Source: Anthoceros angustus (taxonomy: Eukaryota > Plantae > Anthocerotophyta). From it: a stretch of DNA of 64,000 bases. Numbering within the stretch: the stretch's first letter is position 1; every line of letters starts with the position of its first letter. The notes beneath the pieces are model-generated. The model saw nothing but the letters and a program-made list of their open reading frames with translations. It had not been told where the DNA came from and searched no databases. Where the stretch lies: contig MU008202.1 in the NCBI GenBank assembly GCA_010909165.1, positions 124,001-188,000 of the forward strand. Direction: 5' to 3'. Shown here piece after piece: positions 46,344-60,512 of this stretch. Position numbers and translations under genes: made by a program.

Positions 46344-47725
46344 ACGCACGGGAGTGCCAGCCACAGCCTCCAAACATTCGTACATCGCTTGTTTACATTT
46401 CGATCCAGCCAGGACTTGTTGAATTTGTTCCACTGCACTCTCTGGCAAGCTTGGAGGTGTGTCTCCAGTGATGACGAGGAAAGAGTGATGGCCCCATGAT
46501 GAGCAGACTGACGGGTTGTTGGCAGGGCGGCCAATGCGTGAAGCGAAGCTGTCATGGTGTGGATCACACAAACACCTCCTTTTGCTCGGAACGCGGGAGA
46601 GAAGGGAGGAACAAGTGATAGACGAGAGACGATTGTACTTTCTTGTCAGCCATCCCCCTGCTGCGCATTTATGTATTCGTCTGTCTGTTTGGTAGCATTT
46701 GCATACATATATATGTATACCTGCTGCCGGATCCGCACGCGGGATCGGGTGCGGGTGCGGGTCGTGAATCTGGCAGATCCTGGTGGGCCCCGCGCCGAAA
46801 CCAGTTGTAACGTGGCGGCGACTGATAGCCGCAGGGTGCGGAAGGGGGCGCTGCCATTGCGGCTCGGCGCCTCGAAACTCGTGAGCGCCGGGACTGCGGC
46901 TACACGTGTGCTGCCCTAACCGGGCCACCCGGTTCGAACCTCATCTCGGTTACAGCGCGACAAATATTTTTAGCTGGCGCCCCTTTGCAGATGCTATTGT
47001 GGGGAGGGGACGACGTTGATGCAGATGCACCCGGGCAGTCCCCACATCTATGCCCGCATTGATGGAGTCAGAAAAGCAGGCAGCATGGAAAGCCACGAAC
47101 AATTCCACGCTTGCGGAAAGCAGCAGTGAAGGAGTGAAGGAGTGAAGGCAAGGCAGGAGCTGCAGCTTGCGCTCTCCACTGGGCAGTCCAGCGCATGTGC
47201 GGCTTTCTGGGGCACGGGGACCAGGAGGTGCAGCTGGGGCGCCGCCGCGGGTGTCCGATGCGGGCATGGGGAGTGATGCTTGCTTTGTGATGCGACCCGG
47301 CATGGGGAAGTGTCGCTGCGATTCCGGCCTGGCTGGGGGCTGCCGCGGATTCATGCCCTGGGATGTCGGTCAGGGTGAGGTTGCGAGGCTATCCGCTGCA
47401 CGGCCAGATCTGGCCGGGATTTGGAATTGTGCGGATTTCGGCTGTTGTTGGTTTTGTGGGTTGTAGTCCCCGGGGGGGGCGAGGCGCATTCCGACAGGCG
47501 TTGCATTCTGGGTGTTTCGTTCTGAAATCTGTAGAGGGATTTGGGTGCTGGCCTGGCAGATTAGCCATATGCAGGGGCGCAGCCCGGAGGGATCCTTGTG
47601 GATCGGAGTGTGGAGTTGGCAGGGGCTCGGCTTCCGGGGGAGTGGAAATGGAGCAGGATTGGTAGCAGGAGCAGGACAGGCTTGCTTTCCTGTTGGAGCC
47701 CGGAAGGGTGTCGGATGCTGCCGCC

Positions 47726-50700
47726 ATGGCGCAGCTGCACCACCGCCAGCCGCGTCATGACGTAAATTCTTTTTTCACCGTCTCTTCCCCTACACCCTGC
47801 GTCCCGTGCCGGGACGTTCGGGAGTGGATTCGGTCCAGACGCAGGACTCGGGACTGGGCCCCGGACCTGGACCAGGATGAGGAGGCGCCGCCTGACGACC
47901 TCCACTGCTTCGCGTGGCCCAGGAAGCGCGCTCGGTCGTATTACTACTCCATCTTCGCGGCGCGGCTTGCTATCATGGTAGGTGCTGTGCTGCCTCCGGT
48001 TTTGGTCGCTCACGGTGTGCGCTGTACTGAATGCAAGGGGAGCTCACGTTGCTTGCTCTGCACTCGGCAGGTCATGTTGACAATTTTGATAGGCCTGCTC
48101 ACCATTTTGACATGGCATTTCACCACCGTCTACACCACTCGCTCCATCAAGAGCTTGGCCTTTGGCCTGCGCACGGAGATACTACAGCGTCCTATATCTC
48201 GAATGTGGAATCTCCTGAATGTCACCTTGGACACTACAATGACTCAAGTCAATTTGTCTGGGTATGTTATTGGACAGTATCCCTCGATTGTTAGCGGGAA
48301 GGGCCAAGATCAGGTATGCCCAGCCTTGTGTCTTGGTCTGCCCTGCAACCCATCGCTTGGACGTTTGTTGTAACCTCAGCCCCTGTGTCTTTGGTCTTCC
48401 CTGCAACCATTGCGTGGGAGCTTTGTCCTTAGCCGCTCGCCCCTGTTGTGCGCAGTTGCAAGATGTTATGCGGAATATCACGTGGGCAATTTTCACCAGC
48501 CGGAAAGCTGTGAACACTATCTGCATCGTTTATCGCAATGGCAGCATGCAGGGTTTCGAAAGGGATTTCAGTTCCCAGCAGACTTTCTACACCTACTCGG
48601 TGCCAGGAAATGGAACCGTGTTGCCACCTCCATCAGCAACTGGCGATTTCGATCCTACGCTCACTAGTGGCACATGGGCCTGGTACAGGGAACCAGTTGA
48701 CCGCCGCACAGGTCAACCAGTGTCAGCTGCCATCCCTATGAGGCCATACAATCTCACACGGGACTTGGGTGGGGCTTCTCTCCTACGAGATGGGAATGCA
48801 GTTTGGCATGTAACTGTCCACGGTTCTGCGGGTGCCCCCTTTCTTGCTTCCGGCTCTCCTGTGAGGCACCCTGATACTGGAGAGGTGTTAGCCATTGCCG
48901 GGGTCTCGCAAGCGCTGAGTTCTATTAGCTCACTCATGCGGGAACTAGCTGCCATGCACAGTGGGACCTTGTACCTTACGAATGAGCAAGGCTTGCTGCT
49001 GGCATCTTCCACCTCTAGTCCCTTGCTGAAGAACACCTCGGATGGGCCTTCACTTATTCTAGCAGAGGAGTCCACTGATCCCATCATCCAAGCCGGTGCA
49101 GATTGGCTGCATCAAAAAGTTGGGAGGTCTATAGATTCTCTGCAGTCTGTCCATGCCGAGGACATTGTGCTAGAAGGACGGAGGTATTATGTTGACACGT
49201 TTGTGTTGAACTTGACTCAACTGCCGCTGGTGAGTTGGCCTTGGCGAGTCAGTGCCGTCCAAGCGTAGGCAAACTGGCGTGCTGCTACAGCGTCTTACGC
49301 GTGCACAGTCTTGCTTTGCAGTACTTGCCTAAAGCTAAGAGTCCATTGGCTCGCCTTCTTGCCAGGTGGGCGTCATTATTACTCCACGTTCCTATGTACT
49401 GGGTGCTGTGGATCGGAGAGGCCATGCCACTCTTGCCATCCTTATATCGATTTCTGCTTGCATTCTTCTTGTTGGTTGTGTGTTCACCCTTATTTTCACA
49501 AGTGGTGTCTCAACTGAGATGCGACTACGAGCAGAACTTATTGAAAATCTTGATGCCAGACGACGGGCTGAGGCATCTAGCAACTACAAAAGTCAGTTTC
49601 TGGCTAATATGAGGTATGACTGGCTCACAAGTAGGTACCATGCTTGGCTTTTTTCAGTCAGGTCGCAGTGTCTCCACAAATGAGGGCTTACACATCGTGT
49701 TGTTTACTGTTGAGCAGTCATGAATTGCGAACACCAATGGCTGCAGTGATAGGGCTGTTAGATATCCTACTCTGCGATGAATATCTTTCATCAGAACAAG
49801 TAGCCATGGTCTCCCAAATACGGCATTGCTCTACTGCCTTGCTTCGTCTCCTCAACAACATTCTCGATCTTAGTAAGGTATGCTATATCCGGGTTTTCAC
49901 CCTAGGTACTTTTCACACCCGGGTCCCTGGACAGCACCTAGCTGGCATGGCCATGGGTCTATGTATTGGTCCAGTGAATTTATTGGCAGTGATCAAAGGC
50001 TGCTTGTTTTCCAAATATGCAGGTTGAGTCTGGCAAGCTGGTTCTGGAGGAGGCAGACTTTGATCTCCGAAGGGAGCTCGAAGGTCTTGTGGATATGTTT
50101 TCCGTCCAGTGTGTTGACCATAGCATCGATTTTGTCCTGGATCTGGCTGGTGAGAGTCATTCCTGTGCCATCACTTTTTTCATACTTGGGAAGTTTTTTT
50201 TTTGCCTGGAGAAAAGATACTGGCTTACTGTTTGTGCTGGCGCTCTCCATCATCTTCTCATGTTGATAGCAGGGTTGACTGAACTGTTTATTGTACGAAT
50301 CTGGCATTTAGATGACATACCCCGCTTGCTAAAAGGAGACTCTGCCCGAACAGTCCAAATATTTGCGAACCTTATTGCAAACTCTATCAAATTTACCTCA
50401 TGTATGCAACGGAAAGCTTTCAACTCTCTTTAGTGAATCACATCATCTGACTGCAAGTCGTTTTCAGCATCATTTTGAGACAAACCTGACCTGCATATTG
50501 GTTTGAGCAGCTGGACATGTTTTACTGAGAGGCTGGTGCGAGTGGGGCACTGGCGAGAAAAGTGGCCTTCTGTTTGCCAAGGACGTGAATAATCCTTGGC
50601 TACCAAAAACAGGCCAGGGAGTACACGACATTAGTTCACGAGACGGAGAGAAGCTCTATTTATGGTTTGAGGTTGACGACTCGGGTTGTGGTATGTTGCT

Positions 50701-53179
50701 TTCTACCTGAAGACTGTCTAGATCTGCTTAATCTCCTCCAAGCCCCCTCTTCCATCCTTGGTGCATATGCTGACTAGCTCTTACTGGTACAGGTATTGAT
50801 CCGAGCAAGTGGGAGACTGTTTTTGACAGCTTTGTGCAAGCTGATCCATCAACTACTCGAACGTAAGTTTATATCTGGTTGTATACAGAGATAATTACGC
50901 TTTGGTCCAATACCTATTTACATTGAATCAGACATGCAGTCTAAACTTTTCGTGTCTAATCTCTTGTGTAGTTATGGGGGAACGGGCCTTGGATTGTGCA
51001 TTGTTAGATCCTTGGTACGTCTCAGGCTTTGATCTGAACGGGCTAGCGATTTCTGGCGCCTTTTTTTAGCTGGCTTAAGCCATTGCATTTGTGGTTGATA
51101 TTGAGTCGGTGGACAATCCGTGCCTGCAGGTGAATAAAATGGGAGGCGAAATCAAAGTGGTTAGGAAAGATGGACCTGGGACCTTGATGCGGCTGTTTTT
51201 GGTGTTCAAACAAACATCAAATTACACCTCCAAGAATTTCAGTGACTACTGTGACCCCACACTCACTTCAGATACATTGCAGGATTCACGAGTAAGTTTA
51301 TCTCTAGACTTCTGTGTTGGCTGCTGCTCTCCTTCACGGGGTTCTGGCTGACTCTATTTCATGAATCAGCTTCTTCTGTCAATGCAAGGAGATAAAGGGA
51401 GATCAACGATGGCCAGGTGGATGAGAAAAAAGGGTCTTAATGTATTCGAAGCGTCAACATGGGAGAGAACTATGTCGGAGCTTGTGTGCATGTTGCAAAA
51501 CGATAAGGAAACTACAGTGTCATTGGGTTCAACTCTCGACCGTGGTTCTATGGACGGCTGTGAGACGGAAACGCAGCCTGTCAGGAGTATGCTTGTTGTG
51601 ACAGAACCCAAGGAAGCAGGAAGTATGCCCAGACTCAAGGTGATTCCAAATACCAAACTGATAGCCCTGTTGGATATAGGACTTTTAAGGAATATGAGGG
51701 ACCTGAAAGAGCTGGATCAATTCACTAAGCAGGGTGTGATGATTGCTTGGCTTTTGAATCATGATACATCTAGCCTACTCAAAGGAGATTTGAGAAAACT
51801 GGGGTTCTCCTACATGGTCAACAAGCCTGTATACAACTCAAAACTTGTGCAACTTCTTAGGGTGATGGTAGGTCATGTCAAGGATTTAGAGTCAATTGTT
51901 GTGGATGTAGGAAGGAAAGATGCCTCTAAGTTTGATATGGAAGTGCGGGATGGGCTCAGTCCAGGATCTGGGCGGATGGAGAAGGTGGCCAGGAGAGGAT
52001 CTAGCCTACCTGAGCCACAGGGCACATCCAAGCTGGAGAGATCGCAGTCAAGTCAAAGGCTGGATCAAATCTTGGAAAGTCCACGACACGGTGAACACAG
52101 TGGATGCATGCAGAGCCATTGTGGCCGTCCTGGGCAGTTTCCTGTGTACAAGGCTACCAACTACTTGCAAGACCTGTTAGGGGAGGCTGGCAAGCTAGGT
52201 TCTTTGGTCGCAGGAAAAGAAGAACCTTCTTTTCCCAAGGGTCTTATAAATTCTGATCCTCAGCTAGATGTGGCAGCAAGAGCCGCTCCCGTGGGGACAT
52301 CAGACTTGGCTCCAAGTGACAGCTATCAGTTAACACAAGGAACTGCAGCCGTACTACTAACCTCGGCTGAGCAGCAACGAGTACGCGACAGGATAGAAGG
52401 TGGAGAAAGAGGAGAATCAGAAGTATCACACCCCGTCCTTGCAGACAACGGGGATGATTTTGGAACTTCCGTGGCTGATTCCAAGCACATGGATGGTGTT
52501 GACAAGGTTCCTGTTCCTGAGCCTGTCACTTTGCCACAAAGTGTGCCGGCTAGGCGCGTAGAAAAGCTTTCATCTAACCGGATTGGACCCCATGATGCTT
52601 TGAAGGGTATTAGAATCCTTCTTGCTGAAGACACCCCAGTCCTCCAAAGGGTGGCAACTATAATGCTGGAGAAAATGGGTGCAAAGGTTGTTGCCGTGGG
52701 AGATGGGCTACAAGCAGTTAATGCACTTACGAAAATTGCAGAGCGCCAAGTTGGACATCTTGACAGGGAGACGGAAATTCCTGACAGCGCAACTGATAAC
52801 CGAGAACTAAAGTTGCCAGATGGAGGGTTGGCTTTTGATCTGGTACTAATGGACTGCCAGGTGAGAACCTCGCTGTCGTGCTGCGCACTAACTTTGATGA
52901 AAAGTACCAGTAATGCGTACTAATCTGTTTTTGTGGTGTCAGATGCCAAAAATGGATGGGTATCATGCAACCAGAGCGATTAGGGAAGCTGAAGCAGGTA
53001 CTGGCTTTCATATCCCGATTGTAGCGCTAACAGCACATGCTATGTCGTCCGATGAGGCAAAATGCCTTGAAGTCGGAATGGATGCTTATCTCACCAAACC
53101 TATAGACACGAAACTTATGGTATCCACAATTCTGTCGCTCACAAGTATCAAATGTGAGCGGCCAAAGGATAGTTCATAG
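47726..53179 (+). CDS. AHK1: AHK1-like hybrid sensor histidine kinase, multi-exon
   Basis: [14 protein letters not shown]|[18 protein letters not shown] matches AHK1. Second TM segment; H-box QFLANM|[15 protein letters not shown]; HATPase [42 protein letters not shown]; receiver [22 protein letters not shown]|MPKMDGY..YLTKP. GCCGCCATGG start context. Confidence 0.95.
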
Positions 53180-53419
53180 CAGTGAAGTAATTTCCGAATT
53201 CTGGAAATCCTCATGAACCCATGTGGGTTTGTAATCTATCCATAACTTGAGGAATCAGACAGTTTGCTAGGATTTCAATTACAATTGTTGCAGAAGAATG
53301 TTTCCAATCCGCATCTCAAAATGGCACACATTTTTTCGTTGTGCCAATTCGGAAGAGTGGGCAAGCACGTTCACTTGTTATTATAGTACATTCAAACGCA
53401 ACAGTCCGCTGACGTATCT

Positions 53420-55979
53420 TCATTTTGCTGCAGTGTTTTTGGCACCTTTCGTCCTATCTAAGCTTGACTTCCGTGAGCTGGACCTCCGGTTTGTTACAGC
53501 CTCTTCATCTGAGTCAGAGACCACCTCCTGCTTGATCACTTTCCCCATCATTGCGAAGAACCTTTCCAGAGCTACGACCTTCTGCTCAGTCAGTGGTTGT
53601 TTCTGACTGGCAGTTGGGACCTTCTCCTCTTCGATCTTCTCCTCGTCATCGAGATCGGAATCCTCAGCACCCTTTGCAGCCTCTTCCGCTTTAGTGCGTT
53701 TCCTGCTAGCAGCCCTTCTGGGCTTGCTTTTCCGACTATCTTCCTCTACCAAACGAACCCGGAGCTTCGCAACTTCGTCCTCCAAGCATCGTACCGTCTC
53801 TCTTGCCTCGAGCAGCTGTGCCTGTTCAACATCTCTCTCGTTCTCTAGTACTTTGAACCTGGCATTCACACTTGCAAGCTCTTCCTGCAAAACGGCCTTC
53901 TCTCTGTTCCATCTTTCGCGCATCTCCTCCACAAGTCTCTCTTTTTCCTCCAGCTCTCGAGTAAGAGACCACGCCCTTCTCTTGGCTTTAACAAGCTCCG
54001 CTTGAACTTCCTCCACGGCTGCGGTGATGGCAGCTTCCATTTCCTCCTGCTTAACTCTCGAGGCAAGCTCACCAGTGAGCTCGGCAACCTACAACACAAT
54101 CAAAGGTCTGTAAGGCCAAGAGAAAACGGCAGGGCAGTAAGGACAAGTGAACTATACATCCATTCCCTTCAACACCTCGGACCTTTGCCAGCAGCCTTTC
54201 TTGTTCACCCAGTAGCTGCTTCTTCACCGCGTCCAGCATCATCTCTTTCTCTTTTGCTTCAGTTGTCATTTGTGTTACCTTCAGGCGGGCTTCTGCCAAG
54301 GATTCCCTGAACTTCCGAATCTAATCACACAAGAATGTAAGCCACAACTGGCAGAATCTTTCGTACTAAATCCCCGCCATGACCTATATACAGATCGATG
54401 AAGTGAAGACCACGCTTAGGTTCAGCTAACGTACCGTCTCCTCATGGACGTCTGCTGAGATTTTCTGAGATAATTCCGCAGACAAACTGCGTACTTGAGC
54501 CTCTGCGACTTCGGCTCTTACGCTCGCTGCCTTCACCTCTGTCTGAAACCGGACCATGTCCACTCTCAACCGGTCAACTTCGGCAGTCCTAGCTGTGCCC
54601 TCAGCTTGCGCTACCTTTGCTCTCCTTTCGACCTCCTCCACACTGCAAACGGCAAGTCCACCTGGCACTCTTCATACTGCATTGGAAAAGAAGCTCACCA
54701 CCACTACAACCCCGCAGCAAACAAGATCACAAACCCGATAGCTGCTGCATCCAGAGGTGCTTGGGCAGTTCCTCCGTACGTGGATCTGCCCTGGAGTGAG
54801 AACTGCCACAAGGAAATTTTCATGTTACCATCAGTTGTCACCAAATTCCAGAAACTCTCTCTCCTATTGCAAGAATCCTAACCTCCACTGGTAGCGCTGA
54901 AGCTCCTGAAACGGCAGCCCCGCCATCTGCAGGAGCTTTGGATGTGGATCCTCCAGACGACCCACTCTTTTTGTTCAGCAGCTGAGGATTGCCACGGCAC
55001 ACATGAGCCACCGGTCACTTCTTGCCTTCCCAACATTTTCCCAAAGGACTGCATGCAGGTATGGCTTCCCGAGACTACCTGTTGAAGCACCCGCTTCTCG
55101 ATCTCAGAACGAAATGATGCTAGCGGAGAAGACCCCTGAGACACAGTCCTGCATGTTAGACTTCTCAGAATGCGGAAAACCCACAATCGCCCATCAGACT
55201 AAACAGGAGGAGGAGAGAGCGAAGAGTTGCTCACAAAAGCAACCGGTGAAGTCATCACGTAGGAGACCTCCTTCTTTGGGGGTGTTGGCAAGTTCACCTC
55301 CTCCACATCACTCTGCCTCACGAGAGTCTGAAAAGCCGACATTTTGGGCGATTCGTCCTCCAGAGGCATAGGTTCAGGGGAAGCATCCTGCTGGGCATCC
55401 AGCAGCGGCCCTGCATCTAACGCCTTATTCACGATGTTTTCCAGGGAGACGTACTCTCTCTGCATAGCCTGAAACGAAACAAGCAGCGCAGTGAGAACCA
55501 AGGCCAGCTTCCCCAACACTGCGACCTGATTAGCACCTTCACACGGAATGGATAGGCGGATGAATTACTCTCAGAGTAGCAATGAGCTGCGCCGGAATGC
55601 GAGCCCCCGGTGCCTGCTCTGCGGAATTCCGCAGCAGCTGAACCCGGTCGTAAAGACGGTCCACCCTGTCCCGCATGTCCGGCCCCACTTCCCTGTACCC
55701 CTTCCTCACAACCAGCTTGAGCGCCAGGAGCTGGTCGGCCAGATCGGAGAAATCGTTGAGGGTGCAGGGATTGCAGTCCTCCCGGGGGCCCCCTGCCGCA
55801 GCTGCTGCGGCACGCACAGAAAAGAACGGCCTGCCCTCCGCGCCCTGCCATTGCCTGCCGTCCCAGACGCAATGCCCTCTTCCCCGGGCTCCCAGTCGGA
55901 AAACCGCCCTCTCCCCGGGCGGCGCAATCCGGACGTGGTGCAGTGCAGGGCCCGGCAGGCCGCATTTCACAGTCGGCAT
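53420..55979 (-). CDS. Uncharacterised long coiled-coil protein with transit-peptide-like N-terminus, multi-exon
   Basis: Exon 1 55979-55569 (..FFSVRAAAAAAGG..LIATLR), 100-bp GT-AG intron, exon 2 from 55468 (AMQREYVSLE). Heptad-rich exons at ~54430-54670, 54190-54300 and 53420-54070, with an acidic/basic tail. Family not recognised. Confidence 0.72.
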
Positions 55980-56713
55980 GGCGGGTGGTGCTGCTTTGGC
56001 ATTTCACGGCCTGCAGCGGACGCCAGCATTGGAAGCCTGCTCCGTCGCAGGCCGACCCATTGCAACCCACAGCCCAAAAGATCAACCCAAATGTGCGAGG
56101 CAGAGGCCGCAAGGTTTTGGCGACGAGCCTTCTTTGTGGCCCACACTGATAATCCCCCAGATTATTCCCGACCGCAAATATCTACTCGTCGCCCCGGGGC
56201 CCAATCTGAAGAACGTCCTTCTGATTTCATGCTGTTTGAGAGGTGGGATTTAGATAAGTGCAGATGTAAGGTCAAGCCCGCGAATCCTAAACAGTGGCGA
56301 GACTACTACAGAGCCTGATGACGTGATACACTTGTGCACATGAATAAAGCCCATCAGCTTTTAAACCTCAGCTTATGTCTCATCACTGCCAAGGGAGTGT
56401 GCAAGTCAAGGTCCAATGCTTCGGCCATCGCCAATGTTACAACTACATATGTATGTAGAGGGTGTAAATGTGACCAGACAAGCAAACGAACTGCGCCTTT
56501 AGAGGACGGCCTTGGTCATTAGCGGCAGTACTTTCTTGCACCCCACTTCCCCATCATTACATTACTTTTATACATACCATAACATCATGTAGTCTACCTC
56601 TCGCGTTTTCATCAGGGCATCTTTCCGCCTTCCTTCAAGTTCTCTGCAAGACCGATCCAAACAGGCGCCATCATCGCCTAGCGTTTCGCAGGACGTTTGG
56701 AGCCGGCAGTTGT

Positions 56714-58220
56714 TCATCTCTTTGAATGAGATTTTTCATACTCGGCCACCACTTCGTCTGCAATATTGCCCTCGGGCTCCCAGGTGTTCTCTTCAGAATC
56801 GGCCCACTTCACCAGGTATTCCACCTTCCCATTCACCTCCCTCTTGTCCAGAGCCATCTCGGCTATGCCGTATTCAAGCCCTTTCTCATAATCACTCACA
56901 AGGTCTTCTCCTACATCGCTGGCGGGAATCCAAGTATCCTCAGAGCCATCACTCCATTTCACAAGGTACTCAATAATATCACGCTCCCCTACCCGCTTAT
57001 CCAGAATCTGCTCCACTTCGACAGTTTCAAAAATTGCTTCGTCCAGAAGCTTGACAACCTGCGATGACACTTCGGATCAGTGGCCAGAAGCAAGTGGCAA
57101 GCTCAATACATAGTCTGCTACAGTGATGACACCAAATTTGCTCAAGTAAGGTGTAAGTAGTCTGCGGCACCTGATCAAGGGCTAATCTCTTGGCGAATAG
57201 CATGGGATTCGTCTTAGGCATTCCGTTGAGAAGGTCCTGAGCAAGCTTCAGTGATGATCGGCCCTTAGCGTCTTCTAGCTCTGGGTCAGCTCCGAGCTCC
57301 AGTAAAGCTCGCACTACGCTGGTATGTACATAGCCCGAGGCGATGTGAAGAGCGGAGTAGCCATCCTTGTCCTGCCAGTGGACATCAGCCCCCGCTTCCA
57401 CCAGCTGCCTCACACACCTGCATTCACGTGGACCTTGAGTCAATACAACGATGACAAAAGCCGTCCCAGTGTTAAGGAGACAGCCTCACAACTCCACTGA
57501 GCCTTCTACTCCATGACCAACTACCTCTCAGATCCCATGCCAGCAGCAAATAGTAAGGCCGTGCGCTCATTCTCATCAATAGCATCTACATCTCTCCCGT
57601 CATCCTGCAATAATTCACCCAGCTTTTGATCCTCTGCTTTGCGTGCAGCTTGCCACCACACAGATTCGTACTCACTTAGCACATCCCTAGCTATGTTATC
57701 GGCAGGTTCCCAGGAGTCAGGATGATCGTCCTTCCACTCTATCAGGTACTGCGTTTTCCTGTCAACCACACGGCTCCCTAGTATCTTGTTCACCTCCCCG
57801 TACGTCTCCTCTCCTTCATTCTCCGAGGAAGCGCCATCCTCCCGCACACCTTCCCCGTCCCCTGCCCTACCAGCAACACCATTCTGAGTAGCCACGGAAT
57901 CTTTCTCCGCCGAAAGTGTGCTTTCAGCCTGCAAGCACCGAGCCAGAGTCTCCAGATTCCCGACCTGCTGTCCTTTTTGCGAGAATCCCTTCCTGAAGTA
58001 TCTCTGTCCTACGGTACACGCACATTCAGCAGCACAAGAAGTGATCAGAAAACATGGAGCCCGATTCTCCGCTTTGCACCAAGACACGCATACTCCTGTT
58101 CCCTAAGAAAATGCATTTCCTCGCACAACTCCCATCCCTTGGAGTAGAGCTGGCCAAGGATCCTCTCAACGCACCGCAGCACATAGGATGTCGGGGGGCA
58201 AACTCACCCGCAGTGGACAT
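56714..58220 (-). CDS. cpSRP43: Chloroplast signal recognition particle 43 kDa subunit (chromodomain-ankyrin-chromodomain-chromodomain)
   Basis: Exon 1 58220-58094 and an 85-bp intron. CD1 [27 protein letters not shown]; ankyrins [13 protein letters not shown] and [14 protein letters not shown]; CD2/CD3 EYLVKWSDG and EYLVKWAD. Confidence 0.95.
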
Positions 58221-59319
58221 GGACCATCTTCCCTCACACCTTGCGGCAGGACAGCTGCAGCGGGCTCGCACAGCAGCCGTGCCATGGGTGCGGCTGGCAA
58301 TGGATTCTACTCGTCCAGCCCTCGCTAGGCAGAATGGCCTGAATCCATCGGCTGAAAGCCCCTCCTGGACTTTACAAGCCGCCGGGCAGGAGGCAGCCGC
58401 AGGGGCGTGCATTGCTGCCATGCTGCAATGCCCCATTCCTGCTGCTGATCTTGATCCTGCTCCTGCTCCTGCTCAGCCCGTGCCTCTGCTCTCTGCCCTC
58501 TGTTCCTGAGTGTCCCGACTTCAACGGCCTGTCAATGTGTCCCCGTTCTGCCAATTCAACAGGTTCCGTTGCGATCGCCATCTTATCCAAAACCGAGCCA
58601 AGATTCACGGGGTCACCTTTACGGCTTTGTTAAACTGCAGGGCAGCGCAGGCTAGATAAGCAAGATCCCTATAGGTGGCGAATTGCAGCTACCATAATTC
58701 ATCAATGGTATCTATTTATATATAATTTATATTATATATAAATAGAAAAACTTAATAGGTATTATATCCCAGAAAAAACTTATATCATCTTCAAAAAATT
58801 AAAATACGATGTAATATTTCACATTATTAATAATATTTTTTCTTGCAGCACATTGAATGTGTTATAATAAACTAAAAAATATATTATAGTAGAAACTCTA
58901 AACTGTATTTCTAAATGGCTCGTACCCTTGTTTTCGCGGAAAGTATACACCAAAGAAAGCACCAATTTAGAACACGCACTACAATATAGTGATTTAAATA
59001 TTTCAATGTTGTACAATCGAATCATTAGGAAAGCATCATCTATTGTATTTGATAATTTTTGAGATATGTTTGACAACACTTTTCAAAGGGGTAATTATGT
59101 TCAACTACCAACCAAAATTTTACACTAGAACAACATGTTCAAGACATAACAAAGTAATATGATGTGCACTTGCCTTACACGCCTTGGTACGTACATTAGT
59201 TTGAGCTTCAATAGTATCTATGCTCAGGGATCAAGTTTTTTCATTATAATATTAAAATTGACATGGTCTTCAAGTGATGTTATGAAGACCTTGTCTTAGT
59301 TATCAATTTGTATCTCACC

Positions 59320-59790
59320 ATGACTCCGTGTATCTTCAAATGTGTTGTGCTTTTACTTCACATTTTAAACTTCTTTAAAATTGCCAATGGGAAACCATTT
59401 GTATATGATAGACATGGATGTATTCAACCAATATTGGATCCTACAAATATAGCATTAGTTGTTATACGATTCAACGTAGTACAAATGTTACTAGAGATGT
59501 ACAAGCTACCCAAACCGAAACCTAATGCGAATTTCTTTCAGTTTTATGTACATACTAAGTTGCCAGAATTTGAAGGAACACTATTCTGTATGGATAACCC
59601 GTCTGATACACCACAACAATTATTAAATAGGGCAAAGGAATGTCATGCATGTGTAGCTTATGCTGCACAATTGCTTATGGACAATTTATGTAAGTCTTAC
59701 TCTGGTGCAAGTATTGAATTAGAGGAATGCTTTGTGAATTATGAATATGCTAAAATTGGAGGAGATTTTTGTCCAATTCCGAAAACATAA
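59320..59790 (+). CDS. Secreted single-DUF26 (Gnk2-like) cysteine-rich protein, paralog 1 (intronless)
   Basis: Signal-peptide-like MTPCIFKCVVLLLHILNFFKIANG; GTLFC-X17-CHAC-X12-C..GASIELEECFVNYE resembles the DUF26 C-terminal half. Confidence 0.72.
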   Translation: MTPCIFKCVVLLLHILNFFKIANGKPFVYDRHGCIQPILDPTNIALVVIRFNVVQMLLEMYKLPKPKPNANFFQFYVHTKLPEFEGTLFCMDNPSDTPQQLLNRAKECHACVAYAAQLLMDNLCKSYSGASIELEECFVNYEYAKIGGDFCPIPKT

Positions 59791-60145
59791 ATCCAAAGAG
59801 GAGAATTTATATCAATGGACGAATCTAGAAACAGTCCCAACCTTGAATACACAATGATTATAAAGATCTTTATCACAACAAGAAATTTAAAAAATATATG
59901 TTATAAACTTGAATTTAGTCAACATTTATATCATAAAATTTAAAAGGATAGGCGATTTCTTACATAGTTAGTCTAAGATTACCAGTGTACTTTTAGGAGA
60001 ACAAGATTCCACTTCTACTGAGACCATCTCGATCAAAATAAATATAAAGCATATGAGTGGTGGATCTCGGCATGTGAAATGTTGAAAATACTTCGAAATC
60101 TTCATGTTTGAGAGCTTAAAGTTTGCTATCAAGAAATATTGAAGA

Positions 60146-60364
60146 GAAGGTCACATGTAGGCAACATTAACTAGAAGCAGCAACTACCTAGAAGGCCAAC
60201 TAATTATTACAATTTAAGAGAAAGTCACGTGTGAGCGACATTAGCTGGAGACAATAATTACTTAGGAAGCCAACTAGTTATTAAAATTTAGAAGAAGGTC
60301 ACATATGGGCCACATTGGCTGGAAATAGCGATTATTTAGGGAACCAATTAAGTATTACAATTTA
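60146..60364 (+). repeat. 74-bp degenerate tandem repeat x3
   Basis: GAA.GTCAC.T.T..GC.ACATT..CT.GA.....CCAA.TA..TATTA.AATTTA starts at 60146, 60220 and 60294. Confidence 0.75.
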
Positions 60365-60476
60365 TGTGGGTGATCTAAACTCTCTCGACAGAGTTCGGTG
60401 CACTAATAAAATGTTGATCAATGTCCGACGATATTGGTCAGTCCAATATGGGCTTAGTGACCGTGAACAACCTGTC

Positions 60477-60512
60477 AGGCATAGGCATAGGCATAGGCAT
60501 AGGCATAGGCAT
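60477..60512 (+). repeat. (AGGCAT)6 microsatellite
   Basis: Six perfect hexamer units. Confidence 0.97.

Noticed and set aside
45855-46928. 357-aa minus-strand ORF, plus other long ORFs overlapping the PPR, ARABIDILLO and coiled-coil genes
   Set aside because: Antisense or alternate-frame shadows of GC-rich coding sequence with no recognisable domains.
46925-46945. GGTTCGAACC B-box-like motif
   Set aside because: No A box or cloverleaf upstream, so not a tRNA.
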